Positions 51,638 to 64,000 of a stretch of 64,000 bases of DNA are shown here, in pieces. Position numbers and translations under genes: made by a program. Each line of letters starts with the position of its first letter. Position 1 is the first letter of the stretch. The DNA comes from Sphyrna mokarran (lineage: Eukaryota), in assembly GCA_024679065.1 (NCBI GenBank), contig JAGIQG010000019.1, positions 31,992,001-32,056,000 on the forward strand, written 5' to 3'. The notes beneath the pieces were generated by a model that saw only the letters and a program-made list of their open reading frames with translations, did no database searches and was not told where the DNA came from.

Positions 51638-52709
51638 CTGGAAGAGATAGAGACAAACTAACTGTCAACATTCAATTATCATTCCTCCAGTTATGCTATA
51701 AGAGCAGCAGCATCATTGGCTCTGTCCCCATCTCTATTTGGTAAAGGGCTGAGAGATCTGGGCCCAATTGCAAATGCAAATCAGGATTACACAATACTGG
51801 GGTGTTACTCTTGTTGATGCTTATCCTAAATAGTAGATTGCAACAGTCCCAAATGCTGTTCCAATGATTACAATTCACATAGCTATGAATGCTGTGTTAA
51901 TGTTTCTATCCTGCTTAAATATAATCCTTTATATTCTCTGATTGCAGGGCAAAACAAGGAAATGCTTGAAAAACAGGAAGATAATTCAAAGTTTTATTTC
52001 AGGCAACTTTTGGAAATTAGTGAAGTCGAGGTAGTCTTTTAGGAAATGAATATTTCCCCCACATTAGTCAGATGGCACAGTTAAGGAGACAGTAAAGACA
52101 GGGCCAGAACTCAATGCTCAAGTGGAATAGGGTATGAGAAAGAACAGCCATAGGCCAAGGAATGTGTTAGAGGGTGAAAAGGCCAATAAATGACAACTAG
52201 AAAACTGAAATGGGATTACCAGTATCACCAGTAATAGGAGACATCATCAGTAATAGGAGATCTGCAACTACATGGCAAGTGCTCACAGTGAAATTCCTAT
52301 TACAAATGTTTCGAAATAAAAGCATTGCTCAAAACGCATAATAACAAGGAAAGTTTGTAGGCCAAAGTATGTGCTATAGTCAAGGCAAGCAACATACCAG
52401 CTGTTATTCTAAGACAATGCAAGTGTTAGTACTGTGCAAGGACACAAAGGGATATACCTGAAACACTCGTGATAACAATGGTTGGAATATTAGACCAAAT
52501 CTTCTGATCTTTGGAGACCAGACATATGACTGAGGAAGGACCTTCTGGAAGTTTTGATGTACAGACCTATACGGGAACAGCTCAGGAAATTTAAACTTCC
52601 AACAGGTGATTTCCAAACTCCCTTACCCTCTGCAAATGTCTCCAACTACAGTCGGAGATTTAAGACAGATCCACAGTATCTATCTGCATAGTTATCCAGG
52701 AAATGTTAG

Positions 52710-53730
52710 ACATCCCACATGCCTTCTTAATCATCTTGTCCACCTGTGTTGCACTTCTAGGGAATTGTCGACATGTATGCCCAGATCCCTCTGTGTATTA
52801 ACATTCCTAAGAGTTCTGCCATTTATGTTATAATTCACATCTAAATTTGATCCTCCAAAATCGTGTTTGTCCGGATTAAACTACATTTGCTATTTCTGTG
52901 CCCAAATCTCCAATCTATCTATATCTTGTTGTATTCTCTGACAATCCCAGCACTACCAGCAACTCCGCCAATCTTCGTGTCATCAGCAAACCTACTAATC
53001 AGACTATCCACATTTTTCTCCAGATCATTCATGCTTACTACAAAACAGAAATCCCAGCACTGATACCTGCAGAACACCATGAAGATCTCCTTTCTGAAAA
53101 ATCACCCTTCCACTGCTACTCTTTCTTCTATGACCAAGCCAGTTCTGTATTCATCTAGCCAGTGAACCCCAAATCCCATGTGACTTTAAGTTTTTGTACC
53201 TGTCTGCCACTTGTAAGTTGTTAAGCACCTTACTAAAGTCCGTATAAACTACATCCAGAGCCCTTCCCTCATCAATATCTTTGTCACACCTTCAAAAACT
53301 CAATTAAGTTGGTGAGATATGGCCTTCCCTGTACAAAACCATGTTGCCTGTTACTAACAAGCCATTTTCTTCCAAATGTGCATATATGCTGATCTTTGAT
53401 GTCTTCTCCAAAGATCCCCCATTACTGACATCAGGCTCACTGGTATATAATTTCCTGGATTATCCCTGCTTTCTTTCTTAAACAAGGGAACAACATTCTC
53501 CATTTTTGAGTCCTCTGGAACCTCACCTGTGGTCAAACAGGATGTGAAGATATCTGTTAAATCACCAGCTATTTCTCCTCTTACCTTCCACAGATACTTG
53601 GGATAGGCTCCATCTGGCCCTGGGGACTTGTCTACCTTAATGCAATTTATTATATCCAATACTTCATCCTTCAATATATTAATATTCTATCGAGCATTCA
53701 CACATCTATCCCTAACCTCAACATGTCATG
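52710..53730 (-). mobile_element. Decayed CR1 ORF2 fragment
   Basis: KSPGPDG, NVVPLFKK, NPGNYIPVSL in ORF 53354-53674. Confidence 0.88.
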
Positions 53731-53739
53731 TCACTCTCC

Positions 53740-54480
53740 TTGTACATGATGAGTTGTGTATGTGTAGGTTATGCAGAGCATTTCTTGTATGTCCACATCT
53801 CAAATTCATTCAGCTGATCAATAATCTTTGTTTGTTGTCCATATGCCCATGGCATTTAACCTAGATGACAAAATATAGAAATTCAGCATTCTTTTCCTAA
53901 GACTCAGGGTCAATTTCTTTGATATTAACATGTCCTTCATCTAGACAGAGCTATTCGTAGCTCACTCAATTCTCCTTTGGATCTCTCAATCACATCTTTC
54001 ATCGGCTATGATAATCTGCCTAGTGTGCAACTTTTTCACTTGCTCTGGGACATGTCGATATATTTCAATTTTCACTTCACAGAATCATAAAATTGTTAGT
54101 GCAGAAAGAAATCATTCAGTCTGTGCCTGCACCGGTTTCCGAGGTTAGGTCTCTGCTTATCACCATTTTCTCAGTCTTCTTCACGTTCATTCTTAATCCA
54201 CGTTCCACACTTCTTTCACATATGTTTATAATTCCCTGTAGTTCCCCTCCGGACTCTGCAATCACTGCAGTATCACCTGCATCTCTCAGGTTTTTGACCT
54301 TCAACCCACCAACGTTGCAACTTGATAGATTTGCTATGTCTCTGATGATAGCTTAAGTGTACAGATTAAATGTTTTGTGTACCTAACACATCCCTAGCAC
54401 ATTCTTTCGTTTGGGAAGCTCTGATAAGTCTCTAGCAAGTCTTGTCGCTGCTGATTAATTCTACTATAGATTCTCAATTA
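53740..54480 (-). mobile_element. RTE-clade LINE RT remnant
   Basis: VKNLRDAGDTAVIAES...GLRMNVKKTEKMV resembles the RTE motif NLRYADD...GLxxNxKKT. Confidence 0.65.
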
Positions 54481-54999
54481 ACACAGGTTAATAAATCCAT
54501 TAAAAAAAAAATCAAACTAATCACGAAGGTTAATTTCTTGGTGGATAGAACTGAAGAGTGGAGAGGTATGTTAAAGTTATGTCAAATTTTTGTTAAATCA
54601 TAATTGGGATATTGAGGACAGTTCTAGCTTCTATAATAAGGATATAGAGACATCTATATGTCTCTATAGATAGTGAGAGTGCCAAAGAGAATTATGAGCT
54701 GATAACAGAATTTACGAAAAGAGAAGACTGAAGGATGACCTCACAGCAGACTTATGAAAGGATTGGACAGGGTCCATGTCAAAATGAGCAGAACTAGGAA
54801 CCATAAATATAAGGTTGATGTTAATGAATCCAAAAGAGAGCTTCAAGAGAAATTTCTTTAGGTAGAAAATAGTTGGAATATGGAGCTCACCATCCCAAAG
54901 AATAACTCAAATGAAGAGCTTAGAGGCACTTAATTTTGTTAAGAAGAGAAACAGGGTTGTTTTCCTTGGAGCAGAAGAGACTAGAAGGGGGTGCATGCT

Positions 55000-55750
55000 A
55001 TACAGACAAAGCTGTAAGAGAAAGAAGGAAGAGAAGGAAAGAGAAGAAAGAAAAGGAAATGAGAGAGTGCAGAATGTAGTGTTACAGTCATAGCTACAGT
55101 GTAAAGAAAAATCAATTTAATGCAAGTCCATTCAAGAGTCTGATGGCAGGCAGGCAAGAAGCTGCTCGAGTCAATTGGTACGTGGCTTCAGACTTCTGTA
55201 TCTTTTTCCCAAAGGAAGAAAGTAGAAGACAGAATGTCCGGGGTGCGTGGGATCCTTATGTTGACTGCTTTGCCCAAGCAGCAGGAAATGTAGACAGTTA
55301 ATGGATTGGCTACATTCATAACCTTTTGTAGTTCCTTGCAGTCCTGGGCAAGCCAGAAAGAATGATTTCTTTGGTGCATCTGTGAGAGAGTCAGAGCTGA
55401 CATGCCAAATTTCCTTAGTCTTCTGAGAAAGTAGAGGTGTTGGTGGGCTTTCTTAACCAAACTATCAGGATGGGGGGACCAGGACAGGGGTTGCTGTTGA
55501 CCTAGACACTTAAAACCTTGAACCTCTTGACCCTTTCTAGTGCGTCCCCTTTGATGTAGACAGGGGCATGTTTTCCTTTACACTTCCTGAAGTTGATGAC
55601 AATCTCTTTCGTTTTATTGACATTGAGGGAGAGATTATTGTTGCTGTACCAGTTCACCAGATTCTCTATCACATTCCTGTAGTCTGTCCCATCATTGTTT
55701 GAGATCTGACCCACTACTGTGGTGTGGTCAACAAACTTGAAAATCTAGTT
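55000..55750 (-). mobile_element. Rex1/Babar-clade LINE 3' fragment
   Basis: NNLSLNVNKTKEIVINFRK; VKKAHQHLYFLRRLRKFGM. Confidence 0.8.
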
Positions 55751-56563
55751 GGAGAAGATCAATACAGATAGGGACAGTAAATAGAAGGATGTTGATGGGA
55801 ATAAGAGGCAGCGCTTGTGAAAAATGAACAATGGCATGGAACTTTTGAATCAAATGGTCTGCTTCTGCACTTAAATAGTGCTTAAATTGTGTAAGCATAG
55901 CTTTGCTAATGAAACAGATTTCCAAGTTGGGGCAATAACTGTGCAACTGTACACAAATCTAATTTGGTTCACATCTTAATGATATACACTTTCTATTTTA
56001 TATGGTGCAATAATATTAATTTCATAACACTGGTTACAATTAGACAGAAAAAAATTACAACACTGTGGGGAAGGAGAGTTAGCTGAAGCTTGAGAGCAAA
56101 TGCAGGCTGATGAACTGCAGGATGCAAATCATCACCTCCACATGAAGGTGTAATTGGATTCACAAGTTTACATAAGTGATTTTCATTATAAAAATAGGAA
56201 TGAGAATTAATAATGGGAAAAGCTAAAATAGGAAAGTTAGGTTTTGTTGAGAGCAACTGTGGTAGTTGCAAATTTGTTTTACTATTGTATGCATATTACA
56301 ATGACTGATGATCACAAAAATATAGGTAACTTTACTACACAGAAATCTGGTTACTTTCATTTCAATCAGCTTTGTCTGTGACTGAGCAAAAGCTTAGACC
56401 ACAACTAAGTTAACTGGGTGAGTGAAATAGAAGTTAAGCGTGTTAGAACTGGTAGTCACCGTTTATATTTGTTATTGTAGGTTAATAAGTGGTTATTCTT
56501 GGCATTAGCCCTTTCATACATAGGGATAAAATTTGTTACTTTCCTTGTGCTCAAACGCAATAC

Positions 56564-56638
56564 CTTGAGGGCTTTCTCTCCCCTTCGTTGTGGCCCTTGG
56601 ATTTGCCAGAGTGATGACCCTGGCTCTGTGACCTAGTA
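56564..56638 (-). CDS. SBF1: SBF1 75-nt frame-preserving (probably cassette) exon
   Basis: cttcag|(V)LGHRARVITLANPRATTKGRESPQ(G)|gtattg; phase 1/1; resembles the RARVTTLSNP insert I recall from long mammalian SBF1 isoforms. Confidence 0.8.
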
Positions 56639-56805
56639 CTGAAGAGGCACAGCACAAAGAAAATCAATCCATGACTTACTCTAGTAATGAGACAGCACAA
56701 GCCAATCAGATCATTAATACACACCATTAATCATGTGTCACCCAATTCAGTACTGGTCTGGGCAGACATACCAGTCTCTATTTAAGCAGATGTCACTGTG
56801 AATAG

Positions 56806-56910
56806 TTCTGACAATAGGTTCTCAATCTGAAATATTAACTCCTTCTCTCACCACAGATACTTACACTTGAGGGTATCCAGCATTTCCAGTACATTGCTCT
56901 TGTTTCACAG
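56806..56910 (+). mobile_element. Decayed arm of the second Penelope-like family with a hammerhead-like core
   Basis: gtt-CTGACAA-t-aggtt-ctc-aatct-GAAA-tatt-aac, followed by ccacagat...ccagcattt. Confidence 0.45.
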
Positions 56911-57329
56911 AGTGTGATACTGGTACTGGATATACATATCAATTTATATTTAAACAGTATCACAACAAACTTGCCACATTTAAAAATAGTACCAATTACC
57001 ATCTGCTGTCAGACCCACTGACACCCATTACAATCTGGCACAGATCATGCTGATTTCCATGATAATCCTGCACAGGTCATACTCGTATCTAGTGCAGATT
57101 ACATTAATCCCATTGTAGTCTGTTACATGGCACCCTTATATTCATTATATACGGCACTAACAAGCCAAGTGTGAAAACCTGGACAGCAAAGTTTATATTG
57201 TAGAGTGTGACAAAACCATCATATCCCTATCCTTGAGAAAAATTCCAGTTTCAAACAGTATCCCAACAGAAATGAATAAATCTGGGAGATTCCATGTGGC
57301 TGTCAAGCTCAAAATTATATCACAAAATA

Positions 57330-58000
57330 TATGATCAACAATCCATTCCCCAGCCACAAATGTTTGCATGTAAAACAGAAAAGGGACAAAAGTCTGTGTC
57401 TCACAATCAGAGGAACCATGCTGCTTACAATTGCTAGTAAGAATCTTGCAAAGGAACAACTCAATAGATTGATGCCACGGGACAGAGCATACACTGCCAG
57501 AGTCAAATTGGGTTCAGGAACTGCAGAGATACTCAGAACATGTATTTGCCCAAAGGCGAAGATCAAGAGAAATAATGAGAACAACAGATGGGACTCTAAT
57601 GTGCCTTAGTTGACCTGATAAAAGGCCTATACACAGAGGCCTTACACAAAGTTTTAGACAAACTTAGATATCCTGACAGTGGTAAATCTAATACTAGTTT
57701 CACAATGAAACGATAACCAGAGTCACTGGCTGTGGTGTATATACTAACGCTATCGACATAGCAAGTTGTTTGAAACAGGGGTGATATGGTCGTTATGCTC
57801 TTCACTATATTCTTTGTCTTCATGCTGTCTGGGATATTTGATGGAAATACTAATGGATTATACATCTAATTTGGAACAAATGGCAATCTCTTCAGTATAA
57901 TACAACAGAAATCCTCAACTAAGGAGTCAGAGATGGAAATGGAGATTGCTGTTTGCCAGTCAATGTGCCCTCATGCCACGTGGCCCTCAATGGATCATGG
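57330..58000 (+). mobile_element. Very decayed RTE-like LINE remnant
   Basis: tagttgacctgataaaaggcctat (DL.KA-like), aaacaggggtg (KQG), ggcaatctcttca. Confidence 0.45.
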
Positions 58001-59967
58001 ACTGTTTTACAAAAGCAAATGCTAACAATGGGCTAAGCAACATTTTAAGACATATAATCCACCACACACTAACAAACACTAGTTCTACTGCATCTTCTAT
58101 AACTATAATGACACATGCCTGAAAGCTGTACATAAGGTCATGCTGACCAGTCCCTCCAATCGGAGTTGGACATTTCTAAACCAATGTACTTTTCTCTGGG
58201 TGGAGGTTGGGAGCCCTCTTTTTATATGACCTGAAATGGTCAAATTCTGATTTTGTTTGCCAATATGGCCTCGCAGGCCTGTAGAATGGGTCACTCCAAT
58301 TGGTGAAACAAACATGACTATAAAATTTCAGTATCCTCTAAGACTTTTCAATCTAAGAAGTAACATCACAAGCAAACCACAACAGTCGTCAGTACTGTTT
58401 TGGTTTTTACTTCAGTAGCACAGATTTTTGAAATGCACATAAAACATTCATTGCAGATGTCACTGGTGCTCATCCAACAAATTTTAACAGCCCTCCAAGT
58501 TTCAAAGGCCTAGTCTTTTAACATAAACCAGTATCAATGCACCTGCCACTGTTGGTACTGTGGCATTTTAGCGACAGGCAGAAGCTAGATCTAGCACAAT
58601 ACTGATACTAAAACTGCCAATCTTACTCCATTTCAGCATTGAATATACACACAAAATTGGAATAGAGAACTTCTAGATGTGGTGTTGGAAACCTGCTAAA
58701 CTAAGCACAGCCACTGGAGGAATTGGACAAATCGATCTTCCCAATCACCATTTTTTGGGCATGCCTCATTAGATAAAGTCATGATGAGCCAAAAATTCAT
58801 TCATTCTGCTGTAAATTATATGACTATATTCCATTCCTTTCTCCTGCGACAAATCCTGGATTTGTCTCATCACCCAAACTCCCTCTGAATGATTGTAGGT
58901 CTACTTCACAGTCCCATGCTCTGTTATGTAGTTTCTGCCTCCATCGGAAGCAGAGGCAAGATTCCTATTGACTAAGCACAAAGCAGCAGCAGTATAAAGC
59001 ACCAACAGTTCAGTTCAGCAGTTCCACTCAGCCCATTCTCCATCTGGAGGGAAACTTCAACCAAGGAAACAGTTCAGAAATTAAGAATTTTGAAGGAGAA
59101 GAATCTTAGTGATAATTACAAAACGTTGCTCATATTGATTGTACACGCCACACAGGCTTAGTGATTCTCACCTCCGCGACTGAAAGTGTTCGTCATTTCT
59201 TCCTTTCCACCCATCACCTGTTTCATCAGCACACCAATCTTAGGCTGCCTCTGCTTATCAGACGAGTCTACAGAATATAATAGGATACAGGTCAAGCAAA
59301 GGTTCCCCAGAACACAACAGGGCATGGAAAGATTCTACATCAGTAAGGGTACAGAAGGAAAGATAAGATGCAACAAAGCTCAGAGCAGTAAGCAGACTGT
59401 GGAACTTGGAACAGGCAAAGTGTGGATCAGCAGAGGGCAAACTGGCTGTTGTTGAACCTGCAGAGGTCAATCTTCTTCATAAGTGTCACTTTTCTTCTAG
59501 AGGAGCTTCGTGAATCAAAACAGTCTTTCCAATCTCTTCCAATGACGGTACTCAATATCCCAAACATCATCCAACTAGGGGCTTTAAGCAATTTCAATAC
59601 TACCACCTTGCTCCTGCATTCTGTATCTCCTGTCATAAAACCAAGGACTCAGTTTATTTTTTCAATGGCAAAGTGGCTATTTTGAAGTGTTTAAATAACA
59701 AAAGGTATGAATAAAATATTAGTAAAGAAATTCTTGGCTTTATTCAGGGTTATAGGACAAATGCAAATCTTTCACAAGCCTGAGCAAGGTTAGAGATTAG
59801 AAACTATTTTAATGAGGTAGAATGACTAGAATTGCACCTGTAAATTATAAATGGCCTTCCACTCTTGTTCAGCGTCAAGATAACTTCTAATTCAATGCAT
59901 ACAATACACATTTCACTTCATTGATAACTTTGAGAGATAAAAGAAATCTCAGAAAGGCACCACAAAC

Positions 59968-60105
59968 CTGAGCTGTTCATGTGAGCAGACGTGAATCCAC
60001 TGAGAGTATTACGACCACCCGTGTCTGCGTAGTGTGGCATGGAGTTTATCACTGCCTGTAAATACTTTTCTTGTGCTAAACTGGTGGAGTCTGTCTGAGA
60101 AGAAT
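59968..60105 (-). CDS. SBF1: SBF1 exon
   Basis: tttcag|(D)[45 protein letters not shown]|gtttgt; 138 nt, phase 1/1. Confidence 0.92.
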
Positions 60106-60150
60106 CTGAAATGAAAATCTGTTTTTTAATACATGTTCCTTCACAGATGA

Positions 60151-60443
60151 ATCACAGAATTCCTACAGTGCAGAAGGAGGCCATCGACAACAATTCCGCC
60201 CAGGCCTTATCCCCTCTGACAACATGCAATTATCCTGCTAATCCCCCTAACTTAACATCTTGGGGAAATTTAGCATGGCAATCAACCTAACCTGCACATC
60301 TTTGGACTGTGGGAGGAAATTGGAATACCCAGAGGAAACCCACACAGGCATGGGAAGAAACTCTACACAGACAGTGATCCAAGAATTGAACCTGGGTTCC
60401 TGACACAATGAGACAGTACAGCTAACCACTGGGCCACCTTGCC
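60151..60443 (-). mobile_element. HE1-like V-SINE, full length
   Basis: ggcaaggtggcccagtggttagc head with B-box-like aggttcaattc, V-domain and tail. Confidence 0.85.
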
Positions 60444-61450
60444 ATCTCTCTGAAGAACAGAAACAATTAACAAAGCCTCTAATTATAGCTGCAATATTCA
60501 AACACCAACTAATAAAGCAATCTGACAAAATCATACAAACCAAAAAGACTGAGCAATTAACACAGTGCCCTCCATCTTTCAGGTCAGCATGATGCCACTA
60601 GGAGCATGTCAGCATACATTCACCAAAATGATGGTTTAAATTACAAGTAACAATTTTACACATTAGGGTAGTACTCATGGAATTTAGGGAGATTTGAACA
60701 ATTTAGGTATATGCTGTCTATTGTCGGTTGGGAAACCTAGGATTTAGAAACATTATACAAAATTTAGAGCCAGGTCTTTCAGAAGTGATGTTAGGAAAAA
60801 TATTTACACGCAAAAAGTGTCTAACCATCACCTCTTCACATTCAACTGCATTACCTTTGCTGAATACCTCAAAATCAACATCCTGGAGGTTACTATTGAT
60901 TAGAAACTTAACTGGTCAGTCACAAATACCAAACAAGTAAAGATAGTCAGAAGCTGGTCATGAGTCATCTCCTGAATCCCCAAAACATCTCCAGCACACA
61001 TCAGCAATGTCATTTAATTCACTCTATTTGCTTAGGTGAGTATAGTTGCATCATTTAAGAAGTTTGACATAATCCAGGACAAAACAGACCATTGATCAGC
61101 ATCTCATTCAATTGCCTAAACATCGACTCTCTTCACCACCAGAGTCAGTCCCCATTGTTTGCAATACCAACTGGCTGGCACCTGGTGTCTACATGCCCAA
61201 TGTCTTTAATCTGTAACATTCATTCATGCTGCGATTGCCTGTAGTCTGTAATGCCCAATAATTACTTCGCAACATTCACAGTCCCACTGCCTGAAAAAGC
61301 TCAGTGTCTGTAAGCCCATTCAACTCACCCACCCGTCACCCACAATCCAGTGCCCACTTTTCCATTATTCAAACACCAACAGCCAAACTCATGCCACAAA
61401 CATCTCTATATTGTTACATTTCTTTTTCACATTGGCATCATGGTTAGTAC

Positions 61451-61647
61451 CTGTAGCTGGTGCATTTTGGGACTTGAAGAGACCGACAACACTCTTCCCA
61501 TGCAACCCTGCTGATCGCAGGAGCACGGCCTTTGTGCGCGAGTTCCTCCAACACACAACGGGGAAGCGGTTTTGTTTGTAACAGCGTGAGATGCGTTGCA
61601 TTGTACTGTCCTGTATGGTCTGCGGGATAATCAGGAGGCTGGGGTAA
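61451..61647 (-). CDS. SBF1: SBF1 exon (myotubularin domain N-terminal part); gene continues beyond the window
   Basis: tttcag|(S)[65 protein letters not shown]|gtacta; 197 nt. Confidence 0.93.
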
Positions 61648-62249
61648 CTGAAAACAGAAAATATTAGGTCAATCAAAACACCATCCTGCTGACACCACAA
61701 CAGCGGTACTACAGCAATAGTAAAATATTGCTGTTACTAAGGCAGTCTGCTTTTAGGTTCAGGAACTTGCACTTTACCTTGATGGGCCACGGATTTATCT
61801 GGTCAAATATGGTGTTTATAGGCAGACTGTTGTACTGAGCTCAAACAAAATATGGCTGGAGAAAAATGAGATGTAACTAATATTAAGATCAAAACAGAAT
61901 TTGCATAGATTGAGACAAAGGATGAGTTTTTTTTATTCTTTCATAAGATGAGGCATCACTGAAAGCCAGCATTTGTTATCCACCCCTAATTATTATTGAA
62001 CTGAGGGGGCGATTAAACCTCAATTACATTGACCACGTATCAGATCAGCTAGGGATGACAGATTTTCTCCCTTAAAGGACATTAATGAACTACATAAGTT
62101 TTCATGACACTCAATGATAGTTTCATGGTCACTTTTTCTGATTTGCTTAAATTTGTCCAGCTGGGTTAAACCCATGTGGGATTTGAAATGTACTCCCAGA
62201 GGATTACTAGCCCAGTGACATTACCACTAAATCACTATCTCCCTCTATA

Positions 62250-63368
62250 TTATATTAATGGACTTATATTAATGGACTTATATTAATGGACTTATATTAA
62301 TGGACTTATATTAATGGACTTATATTAATGGACTTATATTAATGGACTTATATTAATGGACTTATATTAATGGACTTATATTAATGGACTTATATTAATG
62401 GACTTATATTAATGGACTTATATTAATGGACTTATATTAATGGACTTATATTAATGGACTTATATTAATGGACTTATATTAATGGACTTATATTAATGGA
62501 CTTATATTAATGGACTTATATTAATGGACTTATATTAATGGACTTATATTAATGGACTTATATTAATGGACTTATATTAATGGACTTATATTAATGGACT
62601 TATATTAATGGACTTATATTAATGGACTTATATTAATGGACTTATATTAATGGACTTATATTAATGGACTTATATTAATGGACTTATATTAATGGACTTA
62701 TATTAATGGACTTATATTAATGGACTTATATTAATGGACTTATATTAATGGACTTATATTAATGGACTTATATTAATGGACTTATATTAATGGACTTATA
62801 TTAATGGACTTATATTAATGGACTTATATTAATGGACTTATATTAATGGACTTATATTAATGGACTTATATTAATGGACTTATATTAATGGACTTATATT
62901 AATGGACTTATATTAATGGACTTATATTAATGGACTTATATTAATGGACTTATATTAATGGACTTATATTAATGGACTTATATTAATGGACTTATATTAA
63001 TGGACTTATATTAATGGACTTATATTAATGGACTTATATTAATGGACTTATATTAATGGATTAAATAAATGGACTTATATTAATGGACTTATATTAATGG
63101 ACTTATATTAATGGACTTATATTAATGGACTTATATTAATGGACTTATATTAATGGACTTATATTAATGGACTTATATTAATTGACTTATATTAATGGAC
63201 TTATATTAATGGACTTATATTAATGGACTTATATTAATGGACTTATATTAATGGACTTATATTAATGGACTTATATTAATGGACTTATATTAATGGACTT
63301 ATATTAATGGACTTATATTAATGGACTTATATTAATGGACTTATATTAATGGACTTATATTAATGGAC
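62250..63368. repeat. Minisatellite of about 80 copies of the 14-bp unit TTATATTAATGGAC
   Basis: directly visible; variant units only near 63060 and 63180. Confidence 0.98.
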
Positions 63369-64000
63369 ATTCCACCATTTGCCTAATAATCAGGGGAAAT
63401 TAAGGAATGAGTAAAAAACATAGAATAAAATGGGGCAATTCGATGAACATTAAATAAATTGGTAAACGCAGGTAAATAGGAAAAAGAGTTTGCATGTGTT
63501 CTGGATTTATTTTTGGATCAAGAGATGGAAACTGAACAACGTAGATAACCGAAACAAATGTAGGAATATCTAGGTAACAGTAATTACAATGTCTGAGGTT
63601 CCAAGTAATGATGAAGGAACAAGACAAAGACCAAAGTAGGATATTCAAAGAAATATGGCTGACAGGATGAGAGAAGAACTAGAAAAGATAAACCAGAAAA
63701 ATATTTTGATAAAGACTTGGAAAACAAGTAGGACATTTTTAAAAAGGTGTTCAATCGTGTTCAGGAGAAATATTCATCAAGCCACCAAAGTAAAATTGAA
63801 ACCAAATAAAATGGCACACACCAAGTATATAGACAATAAAGACGAGGACAACAAGAAGGAAAGTGAAGTTTAAAAAAATTTGGGGCGAGAAAGGAGAAAT
63901 TGTAAAATCAAAGAACATAGGAAGAAATGGCAAATTGTTTTACAGACACATAAACCTAAACAATGATAGGAACATTAAGGGATGTATAAGAAAAGCTCAG

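Noticed and set aside
62250-63368. Possible CRISPR-like array
   Set aside because: Units are contiguous with no unique spacers, and the context is a vertebrate intron.

Overview
Vertebrate genomic DNA, almost certainly from a cartilaginous fish (shark-type HE1/V-SINEs, DeuSINE-like elements and abundant CR1 LINEs). Two intron-rich genes converge tail-to-tail. On +, coding exons 2-6 of a class II ADP-ribosylation factor (best match ARF5; exon 1 lies upstream of the window). On -, the last 15 coding exons of the myotubularin pseudophosphatase SBF1/MTMR5, including a 75-nt cassette-type exon and the C-terminal PH domain. Introns hold CR1, RTE, Rex1 and L2-like LINE remnants, SINEs and a 14-bp minisatellite. 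The most notable items are (1) a full-length CR1 LINE (39535-44073) with a U_UUA_AAC slippery heptamer at the ORF1 stop, ORF2 open in the -1 frame and a G-rich tract just downstream, a catalytically substituted SGNH esterase in ORF1, and a 3'UTR containing a splice acceptor, a structured RNA segment and a captured V-SINE; and (2) a multi-copy palindromic Penelope-like repeat carrying a minimal hammerhead ribozyme motif in its arms. All calls were made by eye; family names rest on recalled consensus sequences, and repeat boundaries are approximate unless a junction is quoted.
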